DNA of 64,000 nucleotides from Bacteroidia bacterium (GTDB lineage: Bacteria; Bacteroidota; Bacteroidia; Flavobacteriales_D; Parvicellaceae), in NCBI GenBank assembly GCA_030426105.1, contig JAUHZI010000002.1, positions 67,651-131,650 on the forward strand, read 5' to 3'. Both the position numbers and the translations under genes were made by a program. Under the pieces are notes generated by a model. That model saw only the letters and a list, made by a program, of their open reading frames with translations. It ran no database searches and was not told the origin of the DNA. Of this stretch, positions 1 to 8,808 are shown one piece after another. Positions within the stretch are counted from its first letter, which is position 1, and each line of letters begins with the position of its first letter.

Positions 1-367
1 TCCATTTATACCAATCCTTTGTATTGAAACTTAAGGAGCCAGCCCACCCAATATTTTCAACAAAGATATGGGGTTTTAACATGATTTTTAAATTAGACTG
101 TTGCGCTTGTCTAATCATTTTTTTCATGTTAATTCTGTAGTCACCCCAATAGTTTCCTTCAATTTCATAATAAATTTCAGGACTATTTTCTTTCATCAAT
201 AAATAAGGGGTTAATGCAATATAGTTGGCATTAATAGTTGTAAGGTTTTTTGAAATTTTTCCATTGAATGATTTTTTTGAAGAAACAATGTTTACACCAT
301 TTATCTTTTGCCCTATGCTACAAAAAATCATATGGCAAGCAATGAATGATATCAATAGCTTTCTCAT
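1..367 (-). CDS. N-terminal part of an exported protein running off the window start; possibly a TIM-barrel glycoside-hydrolase-like protein
   Basis: Absent from the ORF track because it has no in-window stop. Manual minus-strand translation from ATG 367-365 gives MRKLLISFIACHMIFCSIGQKINGVNIVSS...INANYIALTPY...YWGDY...MIRQAQQSNLKIMLKPHIFVENIGWAGSL... It has a hydrophobic N-terminus and an ATGA start/stop overlap with the upstream gene (364-367). The family guess rests on loose pattern memory only. Confidence 0.5.
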   Translation of the reverse strand, partial: MRKLLISFIACHMIFCSIGQKINGVNIVSSKKSFNGKISKNLTTINANYIALTPYLLMKENSPEIYYEIEGNYWGDYRINMKKMIRQAQQSNLKIMLKPHIFVENIGWAGSLSFNTKDWYKW

Positions 368-1119
368 TGTGTGTCAAATAATTTTTGTCCAAATAGGTTT
401 ACCCAATTGTCTTCTGTTACAGACATTAGGGTAAAATTATAAGACGTTGTATTCATTAATGTGGGGATAGAAGAAGAGTCAGTAATATTCAAAACAACAT
501 TAGAAAGGTCATAAAATTGCCAGTAATTATCATAGGTATATGTTCCACTTATTAGATTGTTTGAAGTGTCGGATACTACCTGAAAATGTATTTTATTATT
601 ATGAGTGGGGTTCTCTACCCAGCTAAACATTGGTTGTGTTCCATTGGCAGTGATAGAAATTGAATTGGGCCCCCATAGAGTCGGTTGTGAATGCACTTTT
701 ATATGAACAGGATCGCAAATTCTAACTTGACCATTAACTTCATATGTTACAATTCCCCATCTGTCGTTAATGTTCTCTATAATTGGAAAACGTCTAAGGT
801 AACCATTGAATACATATTCTTCTGAAACATCAAGAGGTAAGTAAAGTGAATAATTGTATGGGTCAATGTCGTCATTTAATGTTTCATAATATTTAAAATT
901 GCTGGCTCCAGCTACTGGATAAAAAAACATTGAAACAGGAAAGTCTGTTTCTCCCATAAACCCCTCTGGCATACCAGCAGCGCAAGCAATAATGTAGGCC
1001 GTCGAAATTGGTAATCCATCATGTTCCAAGTCATAAGCCAGAGTTGGCGTCGGTGTCTTGTTACAAGAAGAAAATATTCCAATAAAATAAAATGCAATAA
1101 GTAGATGTTTAATGTACAT
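364..1119 (-). CDS. lipoprotein of unknown function
   Basis: 251-aa ORF. The N-terminus MYIKHLLIAFYFIGIFSSC is a lipobox-type signal. It overlaps the upstream gene by 11 nt and the downstream gene by 4 nt, indicating an operon. Confidence 0.7.
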   Translation of the reverse strand: MYIKHLLIAFYFIGIFSSCNKTPTPTLAYDLEHDGLPISTAYIIACAAGMPEGFMGETDFPVSMFFYPVAGASNFKYYETLNDDIDPYNYSLYLPLDVSEEYVFNGYLRRFPIIENINDRWGIVTYEVNGQVRICDPVHIKVHSQPTLWGPNSISITANGTQPMFSWVENPTHNNKIHFQVVSDTSNNLISGTYTYDNYWQFYDLSNVVLNITDSSSIPTLMNTTSYNFTLMSVTEDNWVNLFGQKLFDTQ

Positions 1120-2701
1120 ATCTTAGTCCTATATTAAAGGTGTTACCTAGCCCTGAGTTGGTTCCTCTTAAAAAGTTGGTGTAAAGTAGTTCTAAGTTTA
1201 ATTTAGGTGATAACTGATATTTAAAACCTAGACCTGCTGCACTATAGTTTGCTGCTGTAGTAATTCCATCATTGTAGTTGTGTGGGTTGTATTGGTTTCT
1301 CGTTACATGTGAAGCAATACCGTAAATTGTTGTTTTTGGAGTAGGAAATAAACTATAAATTACCGTTAGAGGGATGTCAACAGCAGAAGCTTGATTTTCT
1401 TTATAACCAATACGATACCAAATATCGGCTTCTAAGAACAGTTGAGAGTTTCTAAAACTTTTAACATAAAAAAACTGTGTCCAAGATTGAATTCTATCCC
1501 ATTCTAAGAAATACAATGCTCCATTTCCATTTTCATCAGCACTTCTTCCTTCTGGGGCTGTTGATGTTGGAAGCAGTAAGCTGCTTTGAACAGTAAAATT
1601 TGCTTCGTTTTTAAAAGGTTGAAGTTTAATACGTGGTCCAACATAAGACAGACCAACTCTTGTTGAGTCGTCGTTGGTAAATTCAAAAGCTCTACTAATT
1701 TTAGAAAAGTTATCTGTTGATGATCTCCCTGAACTCCCAAATTTTAAATCCAAACCAAGGTTAATTCTAGCATTTTTGGAAGTTCCATAAGTAAATTGAA
1801 CTAAAGATGAATAAAATGTTTCTCTAAATCCGTCATATGTAGTTCCCATCCATTCGGATTTGCTTTGGGTGTACATTGCATTAAATAAAGAAATATCGAA
1901 TTTACCTTTTCTGAGTAGTGATCCAGCATTGTAAGTTTGTAAATTAAAAGCAACTGGATCGCCTAACGTTGTTATGACAGGTTGCGCACTTGCTTGAGCG
2001 TTAACTGACCAATCATAGCTGTAGTAACCATATTTGGTTTTTGAGTCAAGTTTATTTACTCTATAACTATTAATATATTCCAGAACATTTTTGGCTTTGA
2101 GTTTGAAGTCATTCGTATACCATTTAAATATTTCAGAAATTTGAACTGTTTCCCCTTCTATTTTGATAAAATTAGGGTTGTTTAAAGCTTTTTTTGTTTG
2201 TTCTTCTAGTTGAATTTCAAGGGTCATTGGGTAATAAGCTTCATTGATAATAGGAGGACAGTCTTTTGCTCCACAAACTAATACAAAATGAAGCCTAGGA
2301 TCTTTATATGTAGGGCGCATAAATTCATTTTCTAGATGATTTAAAGTCCATTTCTTGCCAGCTATATCGTGTTTAACTCCATCAAAAAATCCAGGGATGT
2401 CCATTGGACTAGTTACAGGCCAGTTTTCTCTTATCTTATTAATGACTAATAGGTTGTAAGTGTTGATTAGATAGGCTTTCTGTTGGTTTTCTTCTAAATC
2501 AGAAAATTCGAAAGAGCTGATGTTGTTGATTAATTTTGTTAATGTTTCGTTTTCTTTTATTCCAGCATAATCAACTTTTCCATCTTTTACATTTTGAATA
2601 AAAAAGTTGTTGGCTTGATCAAAAAAAGCATCTATATTTTGAGCAGAGAAAGCCAAGCTCATCCATAATGTTATGACTAAAAGGTGAATTTTTTTCATCA
2701 T
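1109..2701 (-). CDS. DUF547-domain protein fused to a C-terminal beta-barrel-like domain
   Basis: Signal peptide MMKKIHLLVITLWMSLAFSAQN. DUF547-like motifs are present (AYLINTYNLLVI, HFVLVCGAKDCPPI). The C-terminal ~290 aa has alternating beta-strand character and ends ...FNIGLRYVH. Confidence 0.7.
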   Translation of the reverse strand: MMKKIHLLVITLWMSLAFSAQNIDAFFDQANNFFIQNVKDGKVDYAGIKENETLTKLINNISSFEFSDLEENQQKAYLINTYNLLVINKIRENWPVTSPMDIPGFFDGVKHDIAGKKWTLNHLENEFMRPTYKDPRLHFVLVCGAKDCPPIINEAYYPMTLEIQLEEQTKKALNNPNFIKIEGETVQISEIFKWYTNDFKLKAKNVLEYINSYRVNKLDSKTKYGYYSYDWSVNAQASAQPVITTLGDPVAFNLQTYNAGSLLRKGKFDISLFNAMYTQSKSEWMGTTYDGFRETFYSSLVQFTYGTSKNARINLGLDLKFGSSGRSSTDNFSKISRAFEFTNDDSTRVGLSYVGPRIKLQPFKNEANFTVQSSLLLPTSTAPEGRSADENGNGALYFLEWDRIQSWTQFFYVKSFRNSQLFLEADIWYRIGYKENQASAVDIPLTVIYSLFPTPKTTIYGIASHVTRNQYNPHNYNDGITTAANYSAAGLGFKYQLSPKLNLELLYTNFLRGTNSGLGNTFNIGLRYVH

Positions 2702-2846
2702 AGTAAGTGTTGTGTTTGGTCTTAAGACGCAATTAAATAAAGTTCCTTACAGGAATTTTTAAAATCCTTGTAAATAGATCCAAAACCTTGTAAGGGATGC
2801 GTGATTATTTTAACTAATATTAAAACACAAATCCAACAAACTATAT

Positions 2847-2854
2847 TATCTTTG
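2847..2854 (+). promoter_or_regulatory. candidate Bacteroidota -7 promoter box (TATCTTTG)
   Basis: Exact match to TAnnTTTG. Its final G lies 6 nt before the A of the purF-like ATG (2860), which implies a leaderless or near-leaderless mRNA. Confidence 0.4.
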
Positions 2855-2859
2855 CACAC

Positions 2860-4761
2860 ATGAGTGACGCTATACAACACGAATGCGGAATAGCTCTTCT
2901 AAGATTGAAGAAACCGCTAGAGTTTTACCATAAGAAATACGGGACAGCTTTTTATGGATTAAACAAAATGTATTTGTTAATGGAAAAGCAGCACAATCGA
3001 GGGCAAGATGGTGCAGGAATAGCAAATATTAAATTCGATATGGAGCCAGGAACTCGATATATTAGCCGCCATAGAAGTGTTGCTCAAAAGCCAATTCAGG
3101 ACTTATTTGCTTATGTAAATGAACGATTTAAAAACTTAGAGTTAAATGATCCTGAAAAATTAAATGATGTTCAGTGGTTAAAACAAAATGAAGGTTTTAC
3201 AGGAGAGTTGTTTTTAGGGCATTTAAGGTATGGAACCTATGGTAAGAATAGTATAGAAAATTGCCACCCATTTTTAAGAACAAACAATTGGATGACTAAA
3301 AACTTGGCTTTAGCTGGGAATTTTAATTTAACCAATGTAGATGAACTTTTTGGATTGTTAGTGGATATTGGTCAACATCCAAAGCAGAAGTCTGATACTG
3401 TAACTGTGTTAGAGAAAATAGGTCATTATTTAGATGATGCTAACCAACAATTGTTTGAGAAATATAAGGCAGAAGGAAAGAGTTATGTCGAAATTTCAGA
3501 GTTAATTGCTCAAAATATTGATATTCAAAAAATATTACAGCAATCAGCAGTAGATTGGGATGGAGGGTATGTTATGGCAGGTTTGTTGGGGCACGGAGAT
3601 GCTTTCGTTCTGAGGGACCCTAATGGAATTAGACCTGCATTTTGGTATGATGATGAAGAGATTACAGTTGTAGCTTCAGAAAGACCAATTATTCAAACAG
3701 CCTTCAATATTAAATGGGAAGAAATTCAAGAAATTACACCAGGAAGTGCATTGATTATTCCTAAAAATGGTGCGGTTGAAGAAAAAAGTGTAAAACCTAA
3801 ACTAGAAGAAAAACAATGTTCATTCGAACGTATTTATTTTTCTAGAGGAACAGATAAAGATATTTATCAAGAGCGTTTGGAATTAGGGAGACTTGTTACT
3901 CCAAAGGTTTTAGAAGCTGTTGATTATGATTTGAGAAACTCAGTATTTTCATTTATTCCAAATACAGCTGAAACTGCTTATTATGGAATGCTAAAGGCTA
4001 CAGAAAGCTATCTCAATAGAATAAAACTTAGAAAAATAAAAGAGTTAGGGGATAATCTTAGAGATGAGGACTTGGCAGACATTTTATCTATTCGAACAAG
4101 AGCAGATAAAGTTATGGTAAAAGATGCTAAATTAAGAACATTTATTACTCAAGATGATGCTAGAGATGATATGGTTGCGCATGTATACGATATCACTTAT
4201 GGCTCGGTAAAAAGAGGGACAGATAATCTTGTGGTGATAGATGATTCAATCGTTCGTGGAACAACACTTAAACAAAGTGTAATTAGAATATTGGACCGTT
4301 TAAGTCCAAAGAAAATTGTTATTGTTTCTTCAGCTCCTCAGATTCGTTATCCAGATTGTTATGGAATCGACATGGCTAAATTAGGAGATTTTATTGCTTT
4401 TCAAGCTGCTATAGCTTTGTTGAAAGAGCAAGGAAAAGAAAATATTATAGAGGATGTATATCAAAAGTCTAAAGCACAGATAGGTTTGCCAAAAGAGGAG
4501 GTAATAAACTATGTGAAAGAAATTTATGCGCCATTTACTGATGAAGAGATTAGCGAAAAAATTTCTCAATTATTAACACATAAAGATATTAATGCTGATG
4601 TAACGATTATTTATCAATCTGTTGAGGACTTACATAAAGCAGTTCCTAATAATACGGGAGATTGGTATTTTACTGGAAACTACCCAACTCCAGGAGGTAA
4701 TAAAGTAGTGAATCAAGCTTTTGTAAATTATATAGAAGGAAAGAACGTTAGAGCTTATTAA
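2860..4761 (+). CDS. purF: amidophosphoribosyltransferase, long Bacteroidota-type (class II glutamine amidotransferase)
   Basis: 633 aa. The N-terminus MSDAIQHECGIALLR gives an Ntn-type catalytic Cys after a short propeptide. A PRTase-type motif VVIDDSIVRGTT is present. Confidence 0.85.
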   Translation: MSDAIQHECGIALLRLKKPLEFYHKKYGTAFYGLNKMYLLMEKQHNRGQDGAGIANIKFDMEPGTRYISRHRSVAQKPIQDLFAYVNERFKNLELNDPEKLNDVQWLKQNEGFTGELFLGHLRYGTYGKNSIENCHPFLRTNNWMTKNLALAGNFNLTNVDELFGLLVDIGQHPKQKSDTVTVLEKIGHYLDDANQQLFEKYKAEGKSYVEISELIAQNIDIQKILQQSAVDWDGGYVMAGLLGHGDAFVLRDPNGIRPAFWYDDEEITVVASERPIIQTAFNIKWEEIQEITPGSALIIPKNGAVEEKSVKPKLEEKQCSFERIYFSRGTDKDIYQERLELGRLVTPKVLEAVDYDLRNSVFSFIPNTAETAYYGMLKATESYLNRIKLRKIKELGDNLRDEDLADILSIRTRADKVMVKDAKLRTFITQDDARDDMVAHVYDITYGSVKRGTDNLVVIDDSIVRGTTLKQSVIRILDRLSPKKIVIVSSAPQIRYPDCYGIDMAKLGDFIAFQAAIALLKEQGKENIIEDVYQKSKAQIGLPKEEVINYVKEIYAPFTDEEISEKISQLLTHKDINADVTIIYQSVEDLHKAVPNNTGDWYFTGNYPTPGGNKVVNQAFVNYIEGKNVRAY

Positions 4762-4762
4762 T

Positions 4763-5344
4763 ATGAATAGGACGTATAAGATAGGTATTGTCGCAGCTGC
4801 GATTTATATTCTTTTTGAATTAGTAATTGTTTTCTTAGGATATAATCATAATGCCAATGCACATGTGATTGCCTTTGGATTTAATACATTTTGTTTATTG
4901 GGAGCAGTTGCCTATAGTATTTTGAGTGAGTTTAATAAAGAACGTCTCAAAGGACAAGGGGTTAGCTTATTACATGATATTAAATCGGGGTTAAGAACAG
5001 TGAGTACCTATGCTGTTATCATCGCATTTTTTATTTTCTCGTATTATAACTGGATAGACCCTGAATACCCTAAAATAAGAGCCCGTCAACACTTGGAACG
5101 AGCACAGCATGAAAACTTTGATGCACAAGCAAAAGTAAAGATGGAGGCTGCACCAGAAATGTATGAAGGAAAGTCGATTGAAGATATTAGAGATACGAAT
5201 GAAGCAGCTATTAATATGATTTTACAGCCTACTTTTAAGACTATAGTTCCAATGACATTGTTTTCGTTGTTGCTGCTAGGAATGCTTTATACATTTTTAA
5301 TCACTGGTTTTAACCGACTCATTTTAGCTAAACTGTTTCAATGA
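4763..5344 (+). CDS. integral membrane protein, unknown function
   Basis: 193 aa with about 4 hydrophobic segments. It starts 1 nt after the purF stop and overlaps the next gene by 4 nt (ATGA). Confidence 0.65.
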   Translation: MNRTYKIGIVAAAIYILFELVIVFLGYNHNANAHVIAFGFNTFCLLGAVAYSILSEFNKERLKGQGVSLLHDIKSGLRTVSTYAVIIAFFIFSYYNWIDPEYPKIRARQHLERAQHENFDAQAKVKMEAAPEMYEGKSIEDIRDTNEAAINMILQPTFKTIVPMTLFSLLLLGMLYTFLITGFNRLILAKLFQ

Positions 5345-6108
5345 TGAAAGATTGTTATATTGTTACTGGTACTACAAGTGGCCTAGGGCTTTCTTTTATT
5401 ACTGAATTGCTAAAAAAAGGGGCTTTAGTATATTCTATTTCTAGAAAAGAAAATGAAGCAGTACAACAGTTAAAACTGACTGGTTTGGAGCATTTCAATT
5501 GTGACTTAGCTAATGCAGATGAGTTAAGTTCTACAATAGATAAGGTGTTTTTCAAGTTACGTCAAGAAAAAATTAAATCGTATACATTAATCAATAATGC
5601 TGGGACGATTAATCCTATAGGTGATGTTGGGGCACATGAAGCAAGGGAACTAGCTAACAATATAGATACTAACATAAAGGCTCCAATTTTGTTGATGGAA
5701 GCTTTTATTAAGGAAGTGCAAGAGATTGCCCTCCCAAAATATATTTTGAATATCTCTTCTGGAGCTGGTAGAAAGCCATACGCAGGTTGGGCAACTTATT
5801 GTGCCTCAAAAGCAGGGTTAGATCTTTTTTCTGCATGTGTGGGAGTAGAACAGGAAACAAAAAAGTTTCCAATTAAAATTATTTCTTTTGCACCTGGAGT
5901 TGTAGATACAAATATGCAAGTAACGATTCGTTCAACTAAAAAAGAAGACTTTAAGGCAGTTACTCGTTTTATAGATTTGAAAAATAATGACCAGCTTCTT
6001 AGCCCTAACTTTGTAGCGCACAAACTCCTAGATTTATTACCAAGTAAACAGACAGAAAATGGAGGTTTGTATGATATTAGAGACTTTATAGAAGAAAAGC
6101 AAAGGTAG
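5341..6108 (+). CDS. short-chain dehydrogenase/reductase (SDR) family oxidoreductase
   Basis: Motifs VTGTTSGLGLS (TGxxxGxG), NNAG and the catalytic YCASK (YxxxK). Confidence 0.85.
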   Translation: MMKDCYIVTGTTSGLGLSFITELLKKGALVYSISRKENEAVQQLKLTGLEHFNCDLANADELSSTIDKVFFKLRQEKIKSYTLINNAGTINPIGDVGAHEARELANNIDTNIKAPILLMEAFIKEVQEIALPKYILNISSGAGRKPYAGWATYCASKAGLDLFSACVGVEQETKKFPIKIISFAPGVVDTNMQVTIRSTKKEDFKAVTRFIDLKNNDQLLSPNFVAHKLLDLLPSKQTENGGLYDIRDFIEEKQR

Positions 6109-6113
6109 TATAC

Positions 6114-6458
6114 TTAACCTTTTTTTATAGCTTCAATAGAAACTGTTATTCCCTTGTTACATTTTGGTTGAATTGGCCTAATAGGTCTGTATTTAACCCA
6201 CACGGTTATGCCATTTGTTAAAAAACTAGTGTCTAGCGTTTTTGTAGGTTGAATAATTTGCTCCGTTTTGTTGAGTATGATTAGATATCCACAACCATCT
6301 TCATTAGAAAAATCTTTAATTATGCCTTTTACAAACCCTTCTTTGATTAATTGCTCTTCGTTTACTTGAGAAACAGTTGAGGTTTCACTAACAGTTTTTT
6401 TACTTGTACAAGAGAAAACTAAAACGATTAAAAAGAGTAGTGACGTTAGTATACGCAT
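6114..6458 (-). CDS. small lipoprotein, unknown function
   Basis: 114 aa with signal/lipobox LVLVFSC. It is convergent with the SDR gene across a 5-nt gap. Confidence 0.6.
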   Translation of the reverse strand: MRILTSLLFLIVLVFSCTSKKTVSETSTVSQVNEEQLIKEGFVKGIIKDFSNEDGCGYLIILNKTEQIIQPTKTLDTSFLTNGITVWVKYRPIRPIQPKCNKGITVSIEAIKKG

Positions 6459-6469
6459 GAACTATCTAT

Positions 6470-7084
6470 TTATTTAATAGCCCTTGCAGCATTTAACATT
6501 TTTTGAGCACTAACTTTTCTGAATTCTCCTAGGTCATTACTTTTAATAGTAATATAGGTTCCGTTAATATTTTTTACTACAACAAAGTGATAATTTGGCA
6601 GTTTTGAAGCCGTTTTTTCATCCATTGTTGTGCTTCCAGATTTAAGAGCTCTTTGAAAAAGGAGGTAATCACTACCTTCTTCAATATATTTATAGTCATA
6701 AACTTCAGACGTTTCTTTGTGAATTTCTTTTTCTAACGCAACAGATTTTTCTTCATCTCCCCAATCTTCAATAGTAATGCTCCAGTTTTTGTTAGAACGC
6801 ATTGTTAAGTCCCATTTAGCTTCACCGTCAGAATGTGTTACAACAGGATCTTCCAAACCTTCTTCATCCTCAGAGATCATAAAATGATTTTCTGGGATAA
6901 ATATAGTAGCTTCAAGGTCATAATCGTTCATTTCAAACTCTCTCAACTCACTTAAGTCAACAGCTAACTCTTGAGTAGCTTCTTGAGTAGCTTTTTCTTC
7001 TTTGTTGTCTACTTTTTCTTTGTTTTCAGTTTCACAAGAAATGAACAAAGAAGCAATAGCGAGAGTAAAAAATATTTTTTTCAT
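6470..7084 (-). CDS. lipoprotein, unknown function
   Basis: 204 aa. MKKIFFTLAIASLFISC is a lipobox signal, followed by an acidic linker. Confidence 0.65.
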   Translation of the reverse strand: MKKIFFTLAIASLFISCETENKEKVDNKEEKATQEATQELAVDLSELREFEMNDYDLEATIFIPENHFMISEDEEGLEDPVVTHSDGEAKWDLTMRSNKNWSITIEDWGDEEKSVALEKEIHKETSEVYDYKYIEEGSDYLLFQRALKSGSTTMDEKTASKLPNYHFVVVKNINGTYITIKSNDLGEFRKVSAQKMLNAARAIK

Positions 7085-7151
7085 GCGTTTGGTTTTTAGC
7101 TTAAAAATAAATCCTAAAAGGGTTATACCTTAACATAATAGGTATTACTTA

Positions 7152-7159
7152 CAAATATA
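7152..7159 (-). promoter_or_regulatory. candidate -7 box (TATATTTG on the minus strand)
   Basis: The plus-strand sequence CAAATATA is the reverse complement of TAnnTTTG. It lies 68 nt upstream of the minus-strand ATG at 7084. Confidence 0.35.
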
Positions 7160-7205
7160 ATCCAAATGTTTAAATAAAAAAACGTTTTCTGACCTCTCAA
7201 ATGGT

Positions 7206-7213
7206 TATGTTTG
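7206..7213 (+). promoter_or_regulatory. candidate -7 box (TATGTTTG)
   Basis: Exact TAnnTTTG match 39 nt upstream of the ATG at 7252. It lies inside the N-terminal extension of the ORF-track model (7201), which argues for the 7252 start. Confidence 0.45.
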
Positions 7214-7251
7214 TAGAAGATAAGAAAAAGAAGTTGTTTAAAATTACAATA

Positions 7252-8478
7252 ATGAGTAATTCGATCACTAAGAAAAAGATTTTTAATGACCCTGTATATG
7301 GTTTTATTTCGGTACCCTATGAATTAATTTTAGAATTGATAGATCATCCTTATTTCCAACGGTTAAGAAGAATCAAGCAACTTGGATTATCTGACTTAGT
7401 TTATCCAGGAGCTTTACATACACGTTTTCATCATGTTGTTGGTTGTACAAATCTTATGCAGCAAGCTGTTGAGGTATTACGTTCCAAAGGGCACGAAATT
7501 ACAGATGAAGAGGCTAAAGGGGTAACTTTGGCGATATTGCTACATGATATTGGACATGGGCCTTATTCGCATGCTTTAGAACATACGATAGCCAAAGGGG
7601 TGCATCATGAAGAGTTATCACTGCTTTTTATGAAAAAATTAAACGAGGAGTTTAACGGACAACTGGCTACAGCTATTGAGATTTTCACCAATAGATATCC
7701 TAAAAAATTCTTGCATCAGCTTGTTTCTAGTCAGTTAGATATGGATCGACTGGATTACTTGAAAAGGGATAGTTTTTATACAGGGGTTTCGGAAGGAGTT
7801 GTGAGTAATCAGAGAATCATAAAAATGTTGGATGTTGTTAACGATGAGTTAGTCATTCAGGAAAAAGGTATATATTCCATTGAAAAGTTTATTGTAGCGC
7901 GTCGTTTAATGTATTGGCAAGTATATTTACACAAAACGGTAATTAGTGCAGAGTTTCTTTTAGTTAAAATATTAGAAAGAGCGAAGGAGTTGGCTAGAAA
8001 TGGAGAAAGGTTATTTTGTAGTCCTTCACTTGAATTATTTCTATATTCAGATATTTCTAAAAAAGACTTTGAAAAAGAAATGGTGTTGAATGCTTTTGCA
8101 ACCTTAGATGATTATGATGTTTTGGGAGCGATTAAAGTTTGGACAACTCATTCAGATAAGGTGTTGTCAACTCTTGCTCAGATGTTAACGAACCGTAACT
8201 TATTAAAGATCTGGATGCAAAATGAACCATTTACAGAAGCTGAATTAGCTGAACATCAGCAAAAAGCAGCGGAAAAATTTGGGTTGTCTACAGCTGAAGC
8301 CTGCTATTTTGTGTTTACCGATGAAATAGAAAATAATGCTTATAATGCCAACAGCGATTCAATTAATATATTGTACAAGTCAGGTAAAATATTGGATATA
8401 ACTGAAGCGAGTGATAACCTAAATATACAAGCATTAACAAAACCAGTAAAGAAATACTTTTTGTGTTATCCAAGATAA
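7252..8478 (+). CDS. HD-domain phosphohydrolase (dGTPase/SAMHD1-like family)
   Basis: Motifs FNDPVYGFISVP, HTRFHHVVG, LLHDIGHGPYSH and DMDRLDYLKRD. The start was moved to the internal Met (MSNSITKKK). Confidence 0.85.
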   Translation: MSNSITKKKIFNDPVYGFISVPYELILELIDHPYFQRLRRIKQLGLSDLVYPGALHTRFHHVVGCTNLMQQAVEVLRSKGHEITDEEAKGVTLAILLHDIGHGPYSHALEHTIAKGVHHEELSLLFMKKLNEEFNGQLATAIEIFTNRYPKKFLHQLVSSQLDMDRLDYLKRDSFYTGVSEGVVSNQRIIKMLDVVNDELVIQEKGIYSIEKFIVARRLMYWQVYLHKTVISAEFLLVKILERAKELARNGERLFCSPSLELFLYSDISKKDFEKEMVLNAFATLDDYDVLGAIKVWTTHSDKVLSTLAQMLTNRNLLKIWMQNEPFTEAELAEHQQKAAEKFGLSTAEACYFVFTDEIENNAYNANSDSINILYKSGKILDITEASDNLNIQALTKPVKKYFLCYPR

Positions 8479-8517
8479 TTTTTTAATATTGTAGGAGAAC
8501 AATTTAATCAACAAATT

Positions 8518-8736
8518 ATGAAAACGTATTTATTATCAATAGTATCAATTTTTGCATTCAGTTTATTTGTGACTTCATGTGGTCCTGCAACAACTGAAGA
8601 AGATCATAAACAAGCAGAAGAATCAGCAAAAGAATTGGAAGCAATCGATTATGATAATGTAGAGATGCCAGATGCAGGAGAAGAGACAGAAGAGGCTTCG
8701 GAAGAAGAATTTGACGCTGATGCAATGTTAGATTAA
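8518..8736 (+). CDS. small acidic lipoprotein
   Basis: 72 aa with lipobox FVTSC. The mature part is very D/E-rich. Confidence 0.55.
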   Translation: MKTYLLSIVSIFAFSLFVTSCGPATTEEDHKQAEESAKELEAIDYDNVEMPDAGEETEEASEEEFDADAMLD

Positions 8737-8757
8737 GACTAGCTATAACCTATTTAT

Positions 8758-8794
8758 AAAAAGTCCTTAGTTATTTGAACTAAGGACTTTTTTT
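8758..8794. terminator. bidirectional rho-independent terminator
   Basis: Perfect 14-bp stem AAAAGTCCTTAGTT / AACTAAGGACTTTT with a 5-nt loop. A-run and T-run flanks sit between convergent genes. Confidence 0.8.
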
Positions 8795-8808
8795 TGAATA
8801 AGTGTATC

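Noticed and set aside
225-434. 69-aa plus-strand ORF from the track
   Set aside because: It lies antisense across the junction of two well-supported minus-strand genes (1-367 and 364-1119). It has no motif and a low-complexity hydrophobic composition typical of shadow ORFs in AT-rich DNA.
2860-4761. Unusually long (633-aa) PurF as a possible fusion or novel enzyme
   Set aside because: To my knowledge the long form is the standard Bacteroidota version of amidophosphoribosyltransferase. The Ntn-Cys and PRTase motifs sit in their normal order.
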